Positions 39,257 through 52,782 of a DNA stretch of 64,000 nucleotides are shown piece by piece. The notes below the pieces were generated by a model, which worked only from the letters and a program-made list of their open reading frames with translations, did no database searches and was not told where the DNA came from. The translations under genes and the position numbers were made by a program. This stretch comes from Octopus sinensis (lineage: Eukaryota). Positions within the stretch are counted from its first letter, which is position 1. Every line of letters starts with the position of its first letter. Location: contig NC_043010.1 in assembly GCF_006345805.1 (NCBI RefSeq), positions 48,856,001 to 48,920,000 on the forward strand. Direction: 5' to 3'.

Positions 39257-39499
39257 AACAAAAAAAAAAAGAAACGATATTACATTTCCCTTTAGGTTCT
39301 TTAATGGTCCTATAATATTTCGGGAAAGAGTCTCTTTTTCAAATAGAGGAAAGTAAATAAACAGTTCGCAGTGATGGGGTTGTTACTGGCTCGCTGTTTT
39401 AGTGTGTGAGTAGGAGCAATGAACTGATAAAATCGTCAGAGTGACGTGCAAAAATGTCTTACAGGATTCATTTACGGTTCTTTGGGCTTTGAGCTCAAA

Positions 39500-39760
39500 A
39501 TCCACAACTGAGGCAGTGTGAAAACACGTCGCACATATGTGTGTATGTTTCTGTGCGTGTGTGTACATGTGTGTAAGTGCATGTTTGTGCAGGTGTGTTT
39601 TTATGTTTGTCTTCCCACCAGTCGACAACCAGTGTTGGTTTCTTTACGTCCTCGTAACTTAACAGTTCAGCAAATGATGCCAATAGAATAAGTACCAGAC
39701 TTGAAAAAAAGCGAACAATTTGATCAACTAGACCCTTTAAGGCAAAACTTACCTTCGTCC
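39500..39760 (-). mobile_element. SINE family A, degenerate 3' part
   Basis: Contains gacaaccagtgttgg..tacgtcctcgtaacttaacagttcagcaaa-like segments; orientation and bounds approximate. Confidence 0.45.
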
Positions 39761-39965
39761 AAATGAAAGAATAAGAAAAAAAAATCAAAGAATAAATTAG
39801 CGTCTGTCATTTAGCCCCATAAAAAAATTAGGTTGTGTGCTAGTATTAAAACTCAATATTTTAGATGTTGTAAATTGCCCACCAAAAACAAAGAACCCCG
39901 AAATTGTAGTTGGTGTACAAAATAAACTACACACACTTTTGTTTCGCTCTTCATTTTCTGTCCAG

Positions 39966-40012
39966 TTCCCGCTGAAATCGAACGTTCATCATCTGGGGTG
40001 GATAAATTATAA
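39966..40012 (+). CDS. Candidate terminal coding exon (V)PAEIERSSSGVDKL*
   Basis: Strong acceptor cttttgtttcgctcttcattttctgtccag. The phase-1 reading is compatible with exons A/B and ends in TAA, followed by AT-rich UTR-like DNA. Confidence 0.3.
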
Positions 40013-41121
40013 TCACTGTGATAAATTGAAGTTAAAGAAATGGAATATGCATACATTGTTATTTATGAATTATATTTTAAACATCCTCCACAGAAATCAA
40101 TATTCTAGGTGCCGTTAAAATATATACGGCATTACTACTCATCAAAATATATACAGCATTATTACTCATTACGATAAACAGTATACAATGCAAATTTAAC
40201 CAACAAAAGCAATAAGATAAATACTAACAGCAAAGCATCAATTTATGGCCCTTGCACTATATGAATATTAAAGTAAACTTCAGAACGTAATTACATTAAA
40301 TCACAATTAACTTGTATTAGATTACTATTACTTATACATATTAATGATTAAGAAGAGTGATAGATAACTGAATTAGCGGATTAAATGGTTGCCAGTATTT
40401 TGTTATGACCCTTTCACATTCTGAATTAATTAAAATGAAGTCGAAATCAGCATCGATTTTATGTTATTTTTAACATTTTTACTCATTTCTAGGGGCAATA
40501 AGATATGAATCTTTGTCAAATACATAGAGATCGATTACGTTTTTGACTGGAGTTCTTCTAAACTTTCTTTCTTTTACATCCCGGGTCGATTAATATACAT
40601 CCTCTGTGATGTGTGACTGTGTACAGGATGTAGAAAAAATTACTGCTTCTAACTACTTGGCCGAATTGCAACAGCGTCGGAAATATGCCTTGCAGTATTT
40701 CTTACCACGTTTTGCGTTCAGAGTTCAAATCCCGCTGAGATCAACCTTACTTTTTCATCCTTTCGGAGTCAATGAAATAAAGTACAAATCGAGTACTGGG
40801 ATAGAAGATATCGGCTAATTTAATTTCCCCGAAATTGTAGGCTTTGTGCTACATACACACACACACACAAAGGCGGTGTTCCTGCTGGGCCGGAGTCCTC
40901 GTACTGAAAGTTATAGAAAAATCGAAGAATATATATAAATGCTACATAGGTATGTGTGTGTGTGTGTGTGTGTGTGTGTACAATGTATGTTTATGTGTGT
41001 ATAGAGAGAGAGATTACTGTTTGTAAAAACTTTATATACCTTATTTTTCATTCATTTCAGTCTACGCAATTAGAGGAATATTCAGTAACATACGCTCTAA
41101 TTCGATAACTGAGTTATTCAC

Positions 41122-41550
41122 TCACAATATCGAAATATTTCTCATGGCTCCAGCAGACAAAATGGAAAAGGTGTTGCCCCGGAACATAGTGAGGGAAATG
41201 CGTTCGCACTGCGGATAGCAATCTCTGCCCCGATAGCTGTGAGCAGGGGACCAAGAATGCCATAAACCTGTCAGAGAGCGACCGATACCTTGATAGCTTG
41301 CTTTTCTCAGCCTGACGAGCTGCGGAGCCTGGGCTGATAATTGAGTAAGTTGCCGCTAGAGAAGGTGTCACAGCATCTTATATCCCAGATGAGGAGCCTA
41401 CCACCACGGAACAGGAAAATTGTCATATCGTTCGGCCTTCTACCGTCCCCTCAATCTAGCCCCACTGGTTCAAGCTGGGAAGGGAAACCTGCGGAGCCTA
41501 GGTCATGCTTTATGATCTTGTTTAGGGCGGCATGGCGTGGAAGGTGACCT
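41122..41550 (-). mobile_element. CRE-like non-LTR retrotransposon, restriction-like endonuclease fragment
   Basis: RHAALNKIIKHDLGSAGFPSQLEPVG..GDGRRPND MTIF..LIWD..CCDTF..GSAARQAEKSK..Y..LSDRF..RISLTMFRGNTFSIL across frameshifts. Confidence 0.8.
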
Positions 41551-41847
41551 ATGCTGTGACGGCATGACAGTGGGTGGTGGCCGAAGAAATTCACATTAGG
41601 TGGATTACGTTTTTCTTTTCACAAATCTGCATTCTTGAAGTGTGTTGAAAGGATTCAAGTTACTTTGGCTAAAAGTGTCCGTCTCCATGATTTTCACGCA
41701 ATTTAGAACTAAGCATTTTAGAACTAAGTTGGTCCTTAATTGCTATTTTTGCTCGCCCAGAATACATATTTTGTCATCCAAGTAGAGAGAGAGATAAGCA
41801 ATGTTGATGTGAATCACAATAACTCTAATATGGTTTTAAAATTTCGG

Positions 41848-42232
41848 GGAGGCGCAATGGCCCAGTGGTTAGGGCAGCGGATTCGCGGTCGTAGGATCGC
41901 GGTTTCGATTCCCAGACCGGGCGTTGTGAGTGTTTATTGAGCGAAAACACCTAAAAGCTCCACGAGGCTCCGGCAGGGGATGGTGGTGATCCCTGATGTA
42001 CTCTTTCACCACAACTTTCTCTCACTCTTACTTCCTGTTTCTGTTGTACCTGCATTTCAAAGGACCGGCCTTTGTCACTCTCTGTGTCACGCTGAATATC
42101 CCCGAGAACTACGTTAAGGGTACACGTGTCTGTGGAGTGCTCAGCCACTTACACGTTAATTTCACGAGTAGGCTGTTCCGTTGACCGGATCAACCGGAAC
42201 CCTCGTCGTCGTAACCGACGGAGTGCTTCCCA
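41848..42232 (+). mobile_element. SINE family C, full length
   Basis: Box A tggcccagtgg, box B ggtttcgattcc; tail ..gtcgtaaccgacggagtgcttcc. Confidence 0.92.
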
Positions 42233-42289
42233 TTAGAACACCATTCATGGATGAGTAACATACATTGCTTAAAGCAGGCATGTATACTT

Positions 42290-42600
42290 GATGTGTGAAG
42301 GCTCGTGGTTTAGTTGTAAAGGTATTCGGCTTACGATCGTATAGTCGTGAGTTCGATTCCCGGTGGACCGTTGTGTCCTTGAGCAAGACACTTTATTTCG
42401 CGTTGCTCCAGTCCACTCATTTGGCAAAAAGTGATTAGTACCTGTAATTCAAAGGGCTAGCCTTTTCACAATCTGTGTCACGCTGAATCTCCCTAAGAAC
42501 TACGTTAAGGGTACGCGTGGTTGTGGAGTGTCTCAGTCACTTGCACGTTGATTTCACGAGCAGGCTGTTCTTTTGATCGGGTCAACTGGAACTCTTGTTT
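42290..42600 (+). mobile_element. D-like head with family C tail
   Basis: gtgtccttgagcaagacactttatt.. then gtcacgctgaatctccc..aactacgttaagggtac. Confidence 0.78.
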
Positions 42601-42850
42601 CCATCACAGACTTAATGTAGGGAACATCAATGATACAGTCTTTAATCAAACAATATCATACACGTAAAGAGTAGACCAATTATTAGCGTTAATGGCAATA
42701 CTTGATAAAGGACAGGAACTCTGATATTTAAAATGACTAGAAATATAAAAAAAATAGTGGCTATGTAATAAGAAGTTTGCTTCCCAACTACATGGTCCCG
42801 GATTCAGTGTGACCGCGAGACAACTTAGACAGAAACTGAAGGAAGCTAAG

Positions 42851-43331
42851 GCGGGAGAGCTGGTAGAAACGTTAGCATGCCGGGCGAAATGCTCAGCGGT
42901 ATTTCGTCTGCCATTACGTTCTGTGTTCAAATTCCGCCGAGGTCGACTTTGCCTTTCATCCTTTCGAGATCGATAAATTAAGTACCAGTTACGCACTGAG
43001 GTCGATATGATCGACTTAATCTGTTTGTCTGTCCTTGTTTGTCCTTTCTGTGTTTAGCCCCTTGTAGGTAGTAAAGAAATAGGCATTTCGTCTCTAGGGT
43101 GGCGAGCTGGCAGAATAGTTAGTACGCCGGGCGAAATGCTTAGCGGTATTTCGTCTGCCGTTACGTTCTGTGTTCAAATTCCGCCGAGGTCGACTTTGCC
43201 TTTCATCCTTTCGGGGTTGACTAAATAAGTACCAGTTACGCACTGGGGTCGATATAATCGACTTAATCCGTTTGTCTGTCCTTGTTTGTCCCCTCCATGT
43301 GTGTAGCCCCTTGTGGGCAGTAAAGAAATAA
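42851..43331 (+). mobile_element. Two tandem full-length family B copies (42851-43082, 43098-43331)
   Basis: Two complete head-core-tail units about 15 bp apart. Confidence 0.92.
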
Positions 43332-43354
43332 GAAACCGAAGGAAGCCGGTCGGG

Positions 43355-43385
<31 letters not shown>

Positions 43386-43439
43386 ATTTGCACGTGCAAA
43401 TGTATGCATTTGTCCACCATTACCGCTTGTCAAAGAGAG

Positions 43440-43820
43440 TTAGTAACCTAAATATCTTTTCTTTTTGTTTCATTCATTAGACTGCAGCCATGCTGGGGCA
43501 CCGCATGGAAGAACTTTTAGTCGAATGAATCAACCCCAGGAGATATTTTTAAGTCTAGTACTTATTCTAACAGTCTCTTTTGCCGAACCGCTATGTGACA
43601 GGGGTGTAAACGTACTAACACCGATTGTCAGGGTGGTGGTAGAACACACATACACACGCACACAGGTCTACGAAATCCACTCTCGAGGCTTTGGTTGGGT
43701 CGAGGTTATATTAGAAGACACTTGTCGAAAGAAGACACTTGTCAAAGCTTCGTAGTGGAAGCGAACCCAGAACCATGTTGTTGGGAAGCAAGCTTCTTAG
43801 CAAACAGCCACGCTTCCGCC
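43440..43820 (-). mobile_element. SINE family A, degenerate
   Basis: Tail and head both recognisable. Confidence 0.7.
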
Positions 43821-44435
43821 TATATGTTCATAGAGAAATAATAACAAAAAGAAAACGACACCAAAAGTTGAATCAAAATGTCATGTTTCTGCAGAGGAAA
43901 AAGAGTTAATCGTTAAAAAGGCTTCGAATTCTTCTGCTTCGGGAAAAATAAATAAATAAATAAATAAAAATTAAAACTGAAAATATAAAGAGGTACAGGT
44001 TGTCCAATAATTTAATCAGATGGATTCTATTAATAATTCATGTCCCTCTACGAAAGACATCAATAGGTCAGTGAGGTTGGTTTTTGAATGAGAAATTAAA
44101 TTGGAATTTTGAAGTCTGTTCAGTGTCTTCGATGTGGTGGTTACGTATACATATAAAGTGTGTTGTGTGCGTATGTGTGCATATGTGTGTATGTATGTGT
44201 ATATGTGTGTGTGTGTTTGTTTCGCAAGGAAGCCTGCGTATATGAGTTAGTATGTAGACAAGGAGAGGCTCAGAGAACGAGACATGTAATCAGGATAACA
44301 GATACACGCACAGACTTGTACGAGCCTATATTTCTTCATGTACTTACATACACTTCCTTATGCTTACCAACATACATACATCTACACACAACCCCCGTAC
44401 ACAAGACACGTACATGCATGCGTACATGCACACGT

Positions 44436-44862
<427 letters not shown>

Positions 44863-45129
44863 TGGCAACTCACCGCCTTATCTTAGTTAAATATATTGAA
44901 ACCGAATGTAAAATTAACTGAAAATGCATGCCATTTGTTAACGCTTATAGCAAATACCGAAATATTGTTATGGAAATCTGTTTAAACAATGAATTATAAA
45001 AGTTGTAAGGCGTACGGGGTTCATGGGCATTGACGGCCAATTAGTTATAAGCAGAAACGAACGTGTGTGAGTAGTACATGGAAATAGATAAAAACTAAGA
45101 AAGTATATAAAATCACCTGCCTCGACGTA

Positions 45130-45340
45130 TCCTTAGCTGCTTTTATCTTTGGCGTGTTTCGGGCATTGGACTGCGGCCATGCCTGGGCACCGCCTTGAAA
45201 GGTTTTAGTCGAAACTGGTACTTATTCTTTCAGTTTCTTTTGTCAAACCGCTAGGTTGCGGGGTCGTAAACAAACTAAAACCGGTTACCAAGCGGTGATG
45301 GGAGACAAACGCAAACATATAGGAACGCACACACAAACAC
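45130..45340 (-). mobile_element. SINE family A, 3' half
   Basis: gactgcggccatgc..gcaccgccttgaa..gaaccgcta-like segments. Confidence 0.7.
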
Positions 45341-45421
45341 ACATGTATGTATATACATATATACATATCTATCTATCTGTCTATCTATCTATATCTAAAT
45401 CTATCTACCTATCTATCTATG

Positions 45422-45502
<81 letters not shown>

Positions 45503-45540
45503 CAATTGATAAGAAGAATGACCACTAACTTGGATTCCTA

Positions 45541-45604
45541 TATGCTGAAGATAGACTTCAAATCGCCTTACCACGAAGAATGTGTTCTCAAGAAAAAAAT
45601 CTCA
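45541..45604. mobile_element. Fragment of the 25032-25205 MITE
   Basis: atagacttcaaatcgccttaccacgaagaatgtgttctcaagaaaaaaatctc matches the reverse complement of about 25105-25165. Confidence 0.7.
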
Positions 45605-45819
45605 GCAAACGCCAGAATGTAAAAAAATATAAACGTATCATGATTTCGTTATTAACACTTGCAAGATGTAAGTATCTGTAACAACTCCTCACCGTAGTCT
45701 GTCGTATTTCAAAACATATTTCACAGAACTATACACAGAAACGTTCACCCGAAAGAAAACTCATATGCAGTTCTGTAAAATATATTTGTGGTATTTTTCA
45801 AAAGTCTTCGTATATATAT

Positions 45820-46210
45820 GGCGTAGGAGTGACTGTGTGGTAAGTAGCTTGCTTACGAACCACATGGTTCCGGGTTCAGTCCCACTGCATGGCACCTTGG
45901 GTAAGTGTCTTCTACTATATCCTCGGGCCGACCAAAGCCTTGTGAGTGGATTTGATAGACGGAAACTGAAAGAAGCCCGTCCTATATATGTATATATGTA
46001 TGTGCATGTTTGTGTGTTTGTCACCCCAGCATCGCTTGACAACCGATGCTGGTTGTTTACGTCCCCGTAACTTAGCGGTTCGGCAAAAAAGAGACCGATA
46101 AAATAAGTACTAGGCTTACAGAGAATAAGTGCTGGGGGTCGATTTGCTCGACTAAAAGCGGTGCTCCAGCATGGCCACAGTCACATAACTGAAACAAGTA
46201 AAGAGAGAGT
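45820..46210 (+). mobile_element. SINE family A, full length
   Basis: Complete head and tail. Confidence 0.92.
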
Positions 46211-46234
46211 ATATATATATATATATATACTATG

Positions 46235-46385
46235 GATTTCTTTCAGTTTTTGTCTACCAAATCCACTCACAAGGTTTTGGTCGGTCGGGGCTGTAGTAGA
46301 AGGCAATCACTCAAGGTACTACGCAATAAGACTGAACCCGGAATCATGTGGTTGCGAAGCAAATTTCTTGTCACACAGCAACACC
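46235..46385 (-). mobile_element. SINE family A, 5' half (degenerate)
   Basis: ttctttcagtttttgtctaccaaatccactcacaagg.. Confidence 0.75.
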
Positions 46386-47109
46386 TACCCATCAAAATGA
46401 CTCCTTATATAGAAACAGAATCGGTGTAGTGTTTTGGTTCACGAACCCCCGAAGAATAGAAAGCAAAGTTAGCGTGGTCTTCCACAATGGAACTGCTTTC
46501 CGTAACGATTTGATAGCACTGAAGGTCTTCTTGGCCGAACTCATTCACCTAATGGACAGGATCTTTTAGAAGAAGCGGCCGAAGGATCAACGGTTCGTGT
46601 CATGTCAACGGTGTTGACATATACATATTACATACATTTCTTACAGCTATTTCGCTAATTGGAATGCTATGTGCAAAAATCCTCCCTCAAAACAGAGAAA
46701 GAAAACAGCAAGTATTTTTGTGCAAAGAAGATTATATTTCTGAAGCCATTAACAACCATAATAAATGTTATTAGTTCCAGTAGAGCCTTCTTGGATATTC
46801 AAAACCATTCTCGAGAAATGGGTGACGTCTACAAGATTATATTGTCGAAGATTCAGCTCAGATTAAGACCAATAAAGAGGCCTCTCAACAGCGAATATCC
46901 TTTACGTGTTCAATACATTAAATATGTCTAATTCGATAAACCCGCTTCTGCGCTAAACATTCATCATATAGGTTTCTTTTTACAGGATTACGGAGAATAA
47001 TAAAGAATTAATGAAGGTTTTTCAGTGAGGCGTGGATTAGCAAACCTGTGGTACTGTACAACATTTCTGCGTGTAAAGCAAAACAAACGTGTGCTTGTTC
47101 ATATGCAAG

Positions 47110-47244
47110 TATATGCACTTATATTCATATACATATATACATACACACACACACACATACACATACACATATACATACATGTATATATATATTAGTATAT
47201 ATATGCCTATATATATATATATATTTATATACATATATACATAC

Positions 47245-47291
<47 letters not shown>

Positions 47292-47292
47292 G

Positions 47293-47357
<65 letters not shown>

Positions 47358-47358
47358 C

Positions 47359-47412
<54 letters not shown>

Positions 47413-47460
47413 GTATATATATATTTATTTATATACATATATATATATAATATATTCGTA

Positions 47461-47497
<37 letters not shown>

Positions 47498-47500
47498 GCA
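47110..47500. repeat. (CA)/(TA)n tract
   Basis: Direct reading. Confidence 0.96.
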
Positions 47501-47504
47501 TATA

Positions 47505-47929
47505 TTACTCTTTATTTGCTTCAGTCATTTGACTGTGGCCATGCTGAAGCACTGCTTTAGTCGAAAAAAATCAACCCCAGAACTTTTCCATATGAAGGCT
47601 CATGGCTCAGTGGTTTGAGCGTCGAGCTTACGATCGTGAGGTTGTGAGCTCGGATCCCGGACCGGGCTGTGTGTTGTGTTCTTGAGCAAGACACTTTAGT
47701 TCACGTTGCTCCAGTTCACTCAGCTGTAGAAATGAGTTGCGACATCACTGGTGCCAAACTGAATCGGCCGTTGCCTTCCCTTGGATAGCACTGGTGGTGT
47801 GGAGAAGGGAGGCCGGTAAGCATGGGCCACTGCTGGTCTTCCATAAACAAACTTGCCCGGACTTGTACCTGGAAGGGTAACTTTCTAGGTGCACTCCCAT
47901 GGTCTGTGTCGTGACCGAAGGGGTTCTCA

Positions 47930-47967
<38 letters not shown>

Positions 47968-48125
47968 TTCTTCTTCATGGCTTTCATCAACCAAATCCGC
48001 TAACAAGGTTTGGCCGGTAGGCCCGGGGCGAAAGTAGAAGACACTTACACAAAGTGACACGAAGTGGGACTTAACCTGAAACCACATTTTTGCCAAGCAA
48101 GCTTCTTAATCACACACCCATACCC
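47505..48125 (-). mobile_element. SINE family A remnants (tail 47505-47580, head 47960-48125) flanking a family D copy
   Basis: Family A segments lie on both sides of 47593-47928. Confidence 0.6.
47593..47928 (+). mobile_element. SINE family D, full length
   Basis: Colinear with 12498-12832. Confidence 0.9.
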
Positions 48126-48230
48126 TGTGCTTCTGACATTAATTAAAGACAATATGTAGACAAGCATATACATAACGCACTTATATATATATATATATAT
48201 ATATAGTCACACATATATATATATATGTAT

Positions 48231-48655
48231 CATGCAAAAGTCTTCGGCCACTTTAAACTATTGTAAATTTCTACCAATTGCTAACTGATAAGTAGATGTT
48301 TCGCATTTGCGCTTTCATAGAGGCCTTTTGACAAATGGTCGCTTATTAGAAAACGAAACGGCCCACGTTACACGACGAAAACTGTGAAGTTTGGGTGTAA
48401 AAGTCTCATGCTTTGGGGATACATAAAAAGTGATGGTTGAAGAAAATTAGTTAAAATTGACGTGAACTTGAATAGTGCTAAATACATCCAGTTGCTGAAG
48501 GACAACTTGAACCAGACTTGGCTGAAGGTGAGATTTTTCAGTATAACAGAGCTGCATGCCACAGATCGCATGCAACACAACAGAGTCTGACTGGTGAAGG
48601 TGTTACCGTATTGAAAGATTGGCCAGCTCAGAGCGCTGACTTCAATATCATCGCC
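48231..48655 (+). mobile_element. Tc1-family transposase fragment with a TIR-like end
   Basis: KTVKFGCKSLMLWGYIKSDG..LNSAKYIQLLKDNL..IFQYNRAACH..LKDWPAQSADFNII resembles the Tc1 DDE core; catgcaaaagtcttcggccac resembles a Tc1 TIR. Confidence 0.8.
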
Positions 48656-48779
48656 TTATATTTATATACATATGCTACATACAGACACGAATGAGAATAT
48701 ACATACATATTATCTAGTACAAACTGAGAAAAACTTGCGTTCATGTGTACTACAAAGGATACCTGTCCTGAAATATCTA

Positions 48780-50065
48780 TTGGGTTGTCCGGAAAGTTCG
48801 TGCCAATTTATAGTAGCTTACCTTTCGACTTATTTTAGAACATGGTTGAGTCCATAAAATAGGATTTGACTAAATCTCCACTTAGAACACAGCTTAAGCT
48901 ATATTTTCGTGGAAGAAGGTTTATGTTCCTATAACCTGTGTTAATTCTGTAACCCTTTAAAATGGAAGATAAAAAAGTTCATTTTCGGCACTTGATGTTT
49001 TTCTTTTCCGTAAAGGGAAAAATGCCTCACAAGCAACCAAAGAAATATTCGCAGTTTACGGTGATGTTTCTTTATCCGTAAGAACTGTACAGAAGTGGTT
49101 CGCAAGATTCCGAGCTGGAGACTGTAGCCTTATTGATAAAGAGCAATCAGGCAGACCATCCACTACTGATGATGACCAAATCAAGTCATTAATTGAGAAT
49201 AACCCACATTGCACAACCCGAAAATTGGCAGAAAGCCTCAACCTATCAAAATCCGTCGTTCATGAGTACCTGGTAAAGCTTGGGTACACAAAACGCTACG
49301 ATGTTTGGGTATCACATGAGTTGAGAGAAAAGAACCTATTGGATCGCATTTCCAACTGTGATTCGCTTTATAAACACAATGAAAATGCGCTTGTTTTTAA
49401 AGCAAATTGTGACAGGTAATGAAAAATGGACTATCTACCGAAATGTTCAGAGAAAGCGATCCTGGAGTAAGCGACATGAGCCACCCTTAGCCACCCCAAA
49501 AGCGGCTCTTCACCCTAAAAAAAGTCTTGCTTTGTGTCTAGTGGGATTGGAAAGGAATTCTGTACGATGAGCTTCTCCCAAGTAACCAGACAATTAATTC
49601 TGAGAAATACTGCACACAACTGGACAAGTTAAAAGCAGCAATTCAAAAGAAACGTCCAGAATTGGCCAACAGAAAGGGTGTAGTTTTCCAACATGATAAT
49701 GCAAGACCGCACGTTTATTTGGGAACCAGACAAAAATTGCTGCAGCTCGGCTGGGATGTGTTACCCCACCTTCCATATTCACCAGATATTGCTCCTTCGG
49801 ATTTCCACTTATTCAGGTCTCTGCAGATTAAGTATTAATGGTAAAAATTTCAATTCCTTGGATGACGTAAAAAGATACCTTGATGAATTCTTTGCCATGA
49901 AACCACCTCAATTCAGGGAAGCGGGTATTTTCAAGTTAAAGGAAAGATAAAGACGCATTGTGCAGCAAAATGATTCATATTTGGTTTATTAAAAATGTAA
50001 TGGCAAGTATTTATTGACCTTTTTCTTTCCTTTAAAAATCGGCACGAACTTTCCAGACAGCCCAA
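48780..50065 (+). mobile_element. Full-length mariner transposon (mellifera-like subfamily), 1286 bp
   Basis: TIRs ttgggttgtccggaaagttcgtgccaattt / aaatcggcacgaactttccagacagcccaa, TA duplication on both sides, mariner transposase motifs. Confidence 0.95.
48962..49992 (+). pseudogene. Mariner DD34D transposase pseudogene
   Basis: MEDKKVHFRHL..RKGKNASQA..WFARFRAG..SGRP..WVSHEL..VTGNEKW..HDNARPH..HPPYSPDIAPSDFHLF. Several frameshifts, internal stops and a catalytic D>N change. Confidence 0.93.
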
Positions 50066-50450
50066 TATATTTCTCGCTGCGCGTAGGTTTTTGCATATGC
50101 GTGCTTGTGTATTCATGCGTGCGTGTGTGTGTGCGTGCGTACGATTGCGTGTACACAACTTTAAAATTTTGTCAAAGTTATCGGACTCTTGTCATCCGAG
50201 ATTTTTTTTTATGAATCTTTCCTAGATGAATGGAAGGCAAGTTTTATGTCCTTTGAATCTCAGTGAACAGAAGAAATAATGACAATCATTATTACGGACT
50301 GTTCACATCCTCATTATGGTCTGTAATTAATTAGAGGTAATAGACAATTAACAGTGGAGAAAGAACTACGAAAAGAAAATTTTTTTCTGTATTCTCTATC
50401 GACCAGTGAGTATGGATAAATATGGAAATGAAATAAGGAAACACAAATGT

Positions 50451-50451
<1 letters not shown>

Positions 50452-50535
<84 letters not shown>

Positions 50536-50590
50536 CACATATATATATATACACACATATATATATATATATATATACATATATATAATA

Positions 50591-50642
<52 letters not shown>

Positions 50643-50809
50643 CATATGTATATATATATATACATATGTATATATATATATACATATGTATATATATATA
50701 TATACATATATACATATATATATATATACATATATATGTATGTATGTATATATACGTATATATACAAACGTGCGCACATATATATATATATACATATACA
50801 TACAAACAT

Positions 50810-50884
<75 letters not shown>
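50452..50884. repeat. (CT)n(TA)n(CA)n compound tract
   Basis: Direct reading. Confidence 0.96.
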
Positions 50885-51089
50885 CAAAAATAGCGCCAGC
50901 GATAACTATCATTCTTAAAAAAAGACTTCGCCGACTTGAAACTTTCTCGCATAATTACTGTTGTTATTATAATATCAATGATGATGATGATGAGGAGGAG
51001 GAGGAGGGGAGGGGAGGAGGAGGATACGGAATAAGGGGAGGAGGAGGACCGCGAGGTTCTTTACATGAGAAAACACTGCTGTAAAGTGG

Positions 51090-51400
51090 ACAATAACAGA
51101 GCTGGCGCTCCGTCGGTTTACGACGACGAAGGTTCCAGTTGATTCGATCAACGGAACCGCCTGCTCGTGAAATTAACGTGCAAGTGGCTGAGTACTCCAC
51201 AGACACGCGTACCCTTAACGCAGAAATGTGACAAGGCTGGCCCTTTGAATTACGGGTACAACTTATTTTTACCAGCTGAGCGGACTGGAGCAACGTGAAA
51301 TAAAGTGTCTTGCTCAAGAACACAACACAACGCCGAGAATTGAACTCTCACCCTTACGATCGTGAGCCAAATATCCTAACAACTGAGGCACGCGCTTTCA
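51090..51400 (-). mobile_element. D-like head with family C tail
   Basis: ccgtcggtttacgacgacg tail joined to a cttgctcaagaacacaac head. Confidence 0.78.
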
Positions 51401-51424
51401 GTCGCACACACAAATCTGTATATA

Positions 51425-51575
51425 TGACAGGCTTCTTTCAGTTTCCGTATACCAAATCCACTTAAAAGGCTTTAGTCGGCCAGAGGCTTTAGTAGAAGAC
51501 ATTTGCCCAACTGCCATACAGTGGGACTGAACCTGGAACCATGTGGTTGGGAAGCAAACTTCTCACGACACAAAC
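51425..51575 (-). mobile_element. SINE family A, 5' half
   Basis: Family body and head match. Confidence 0.8.
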
Positions 51576-52076
51576 AGTCCTGATTTTAGAACGTATACTT
51601 TCAAAGGCACTAATATCACAGGTTACCTTTGCCGCCTCCCAAGCCTCCGGGATCGATAATAGAAGAATCAATCATGTAGTGGGCTCGATTCACTCGACTG
51701 TACCATTTTCCCTAGGTTAGAAATAGTTAATTCTATCAAAATCTTTCGTCACGCACCAGTTATTACGATGCACTTTACTCCCATCCAATAATAGCGAAAA
51801 AGTATACGTTGGAGAAATGTCGTAAATTGAAGTTATCGGAAGATCTATTCTGAACATGACCAACGGTATTTATGCTTAGTGGGTATTAAGCGTACTGTCG
51901 CTGTTGTCGTACTGATTGTGGCCTATACTTTGCAACATATATTGGAAAATTATTTTTAATCTCTACCTTCTTTTCATTTTCTACGGCCCCTTTCTCTCTT
52001 CTTTTCTCTCCCTCTCTTTTACTCTCTCTCTCTCTTCCAGTATATATATATATATTATATATATATATATATATTA

Positions 52077-52114
<38 letters not shown>

Positions 52115-52212
52115 CCTTTACACACACACACACTTACATACATACATATATGAAACGATCGTACCGCATTACCTCTGGATATCCTTGTTGCTTATTTTGA
52201 TTATATATATAT

Positions 52213-52293
<81 letters not shown>

Positions 52294-52782
52294 GTATGTA
52301 TGTATGTGTTGTTTATCTATATATCTCTGTCTTTCTCTCCTGTCAATTTCCAACTAGCCACACCAAACAAAAATAGAAGAGGAAAAAAAAAATCAACGAC
52401 AGTAGCCTGAATCCCATTTTCAGTCTCATTATAACGGCTGTTGTTGTTAACTGGATGGAAATAATTAATTTACTAGAGAGTGATAATAAATCTCGTAGTT
52501 TGTTTGCTGCGGGTGGTTCCTTTCATTATGAGATATTGGATATAAAAGCTCTTTATTTTATATCTATTATGCTAACAATCCATCGTTTGTCAATCTCCAT
52601 TGTCGCTGACAATCTGTTTCTCCGTTAATTCTATATGCATCGTTAAATATTAGTCTGCTTTGTCTTGCTGTGTTAGTTCAGTAAAATGTATCTGGCTACT
52701 ACGTATAGTTTAAAGATTAACTAAATACGATCTGGTTTGGAGATCACGACAAACTTGCGTCATTCTTGTTACAGGATATATG

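Noticed and set aside
41848-41925. tRNA gene calls for SINE heads (families A-D)
   Set aside because: Box A/B are present, but the heads continue into shared SINE bodies and I could not fold a complete cloverleaf.
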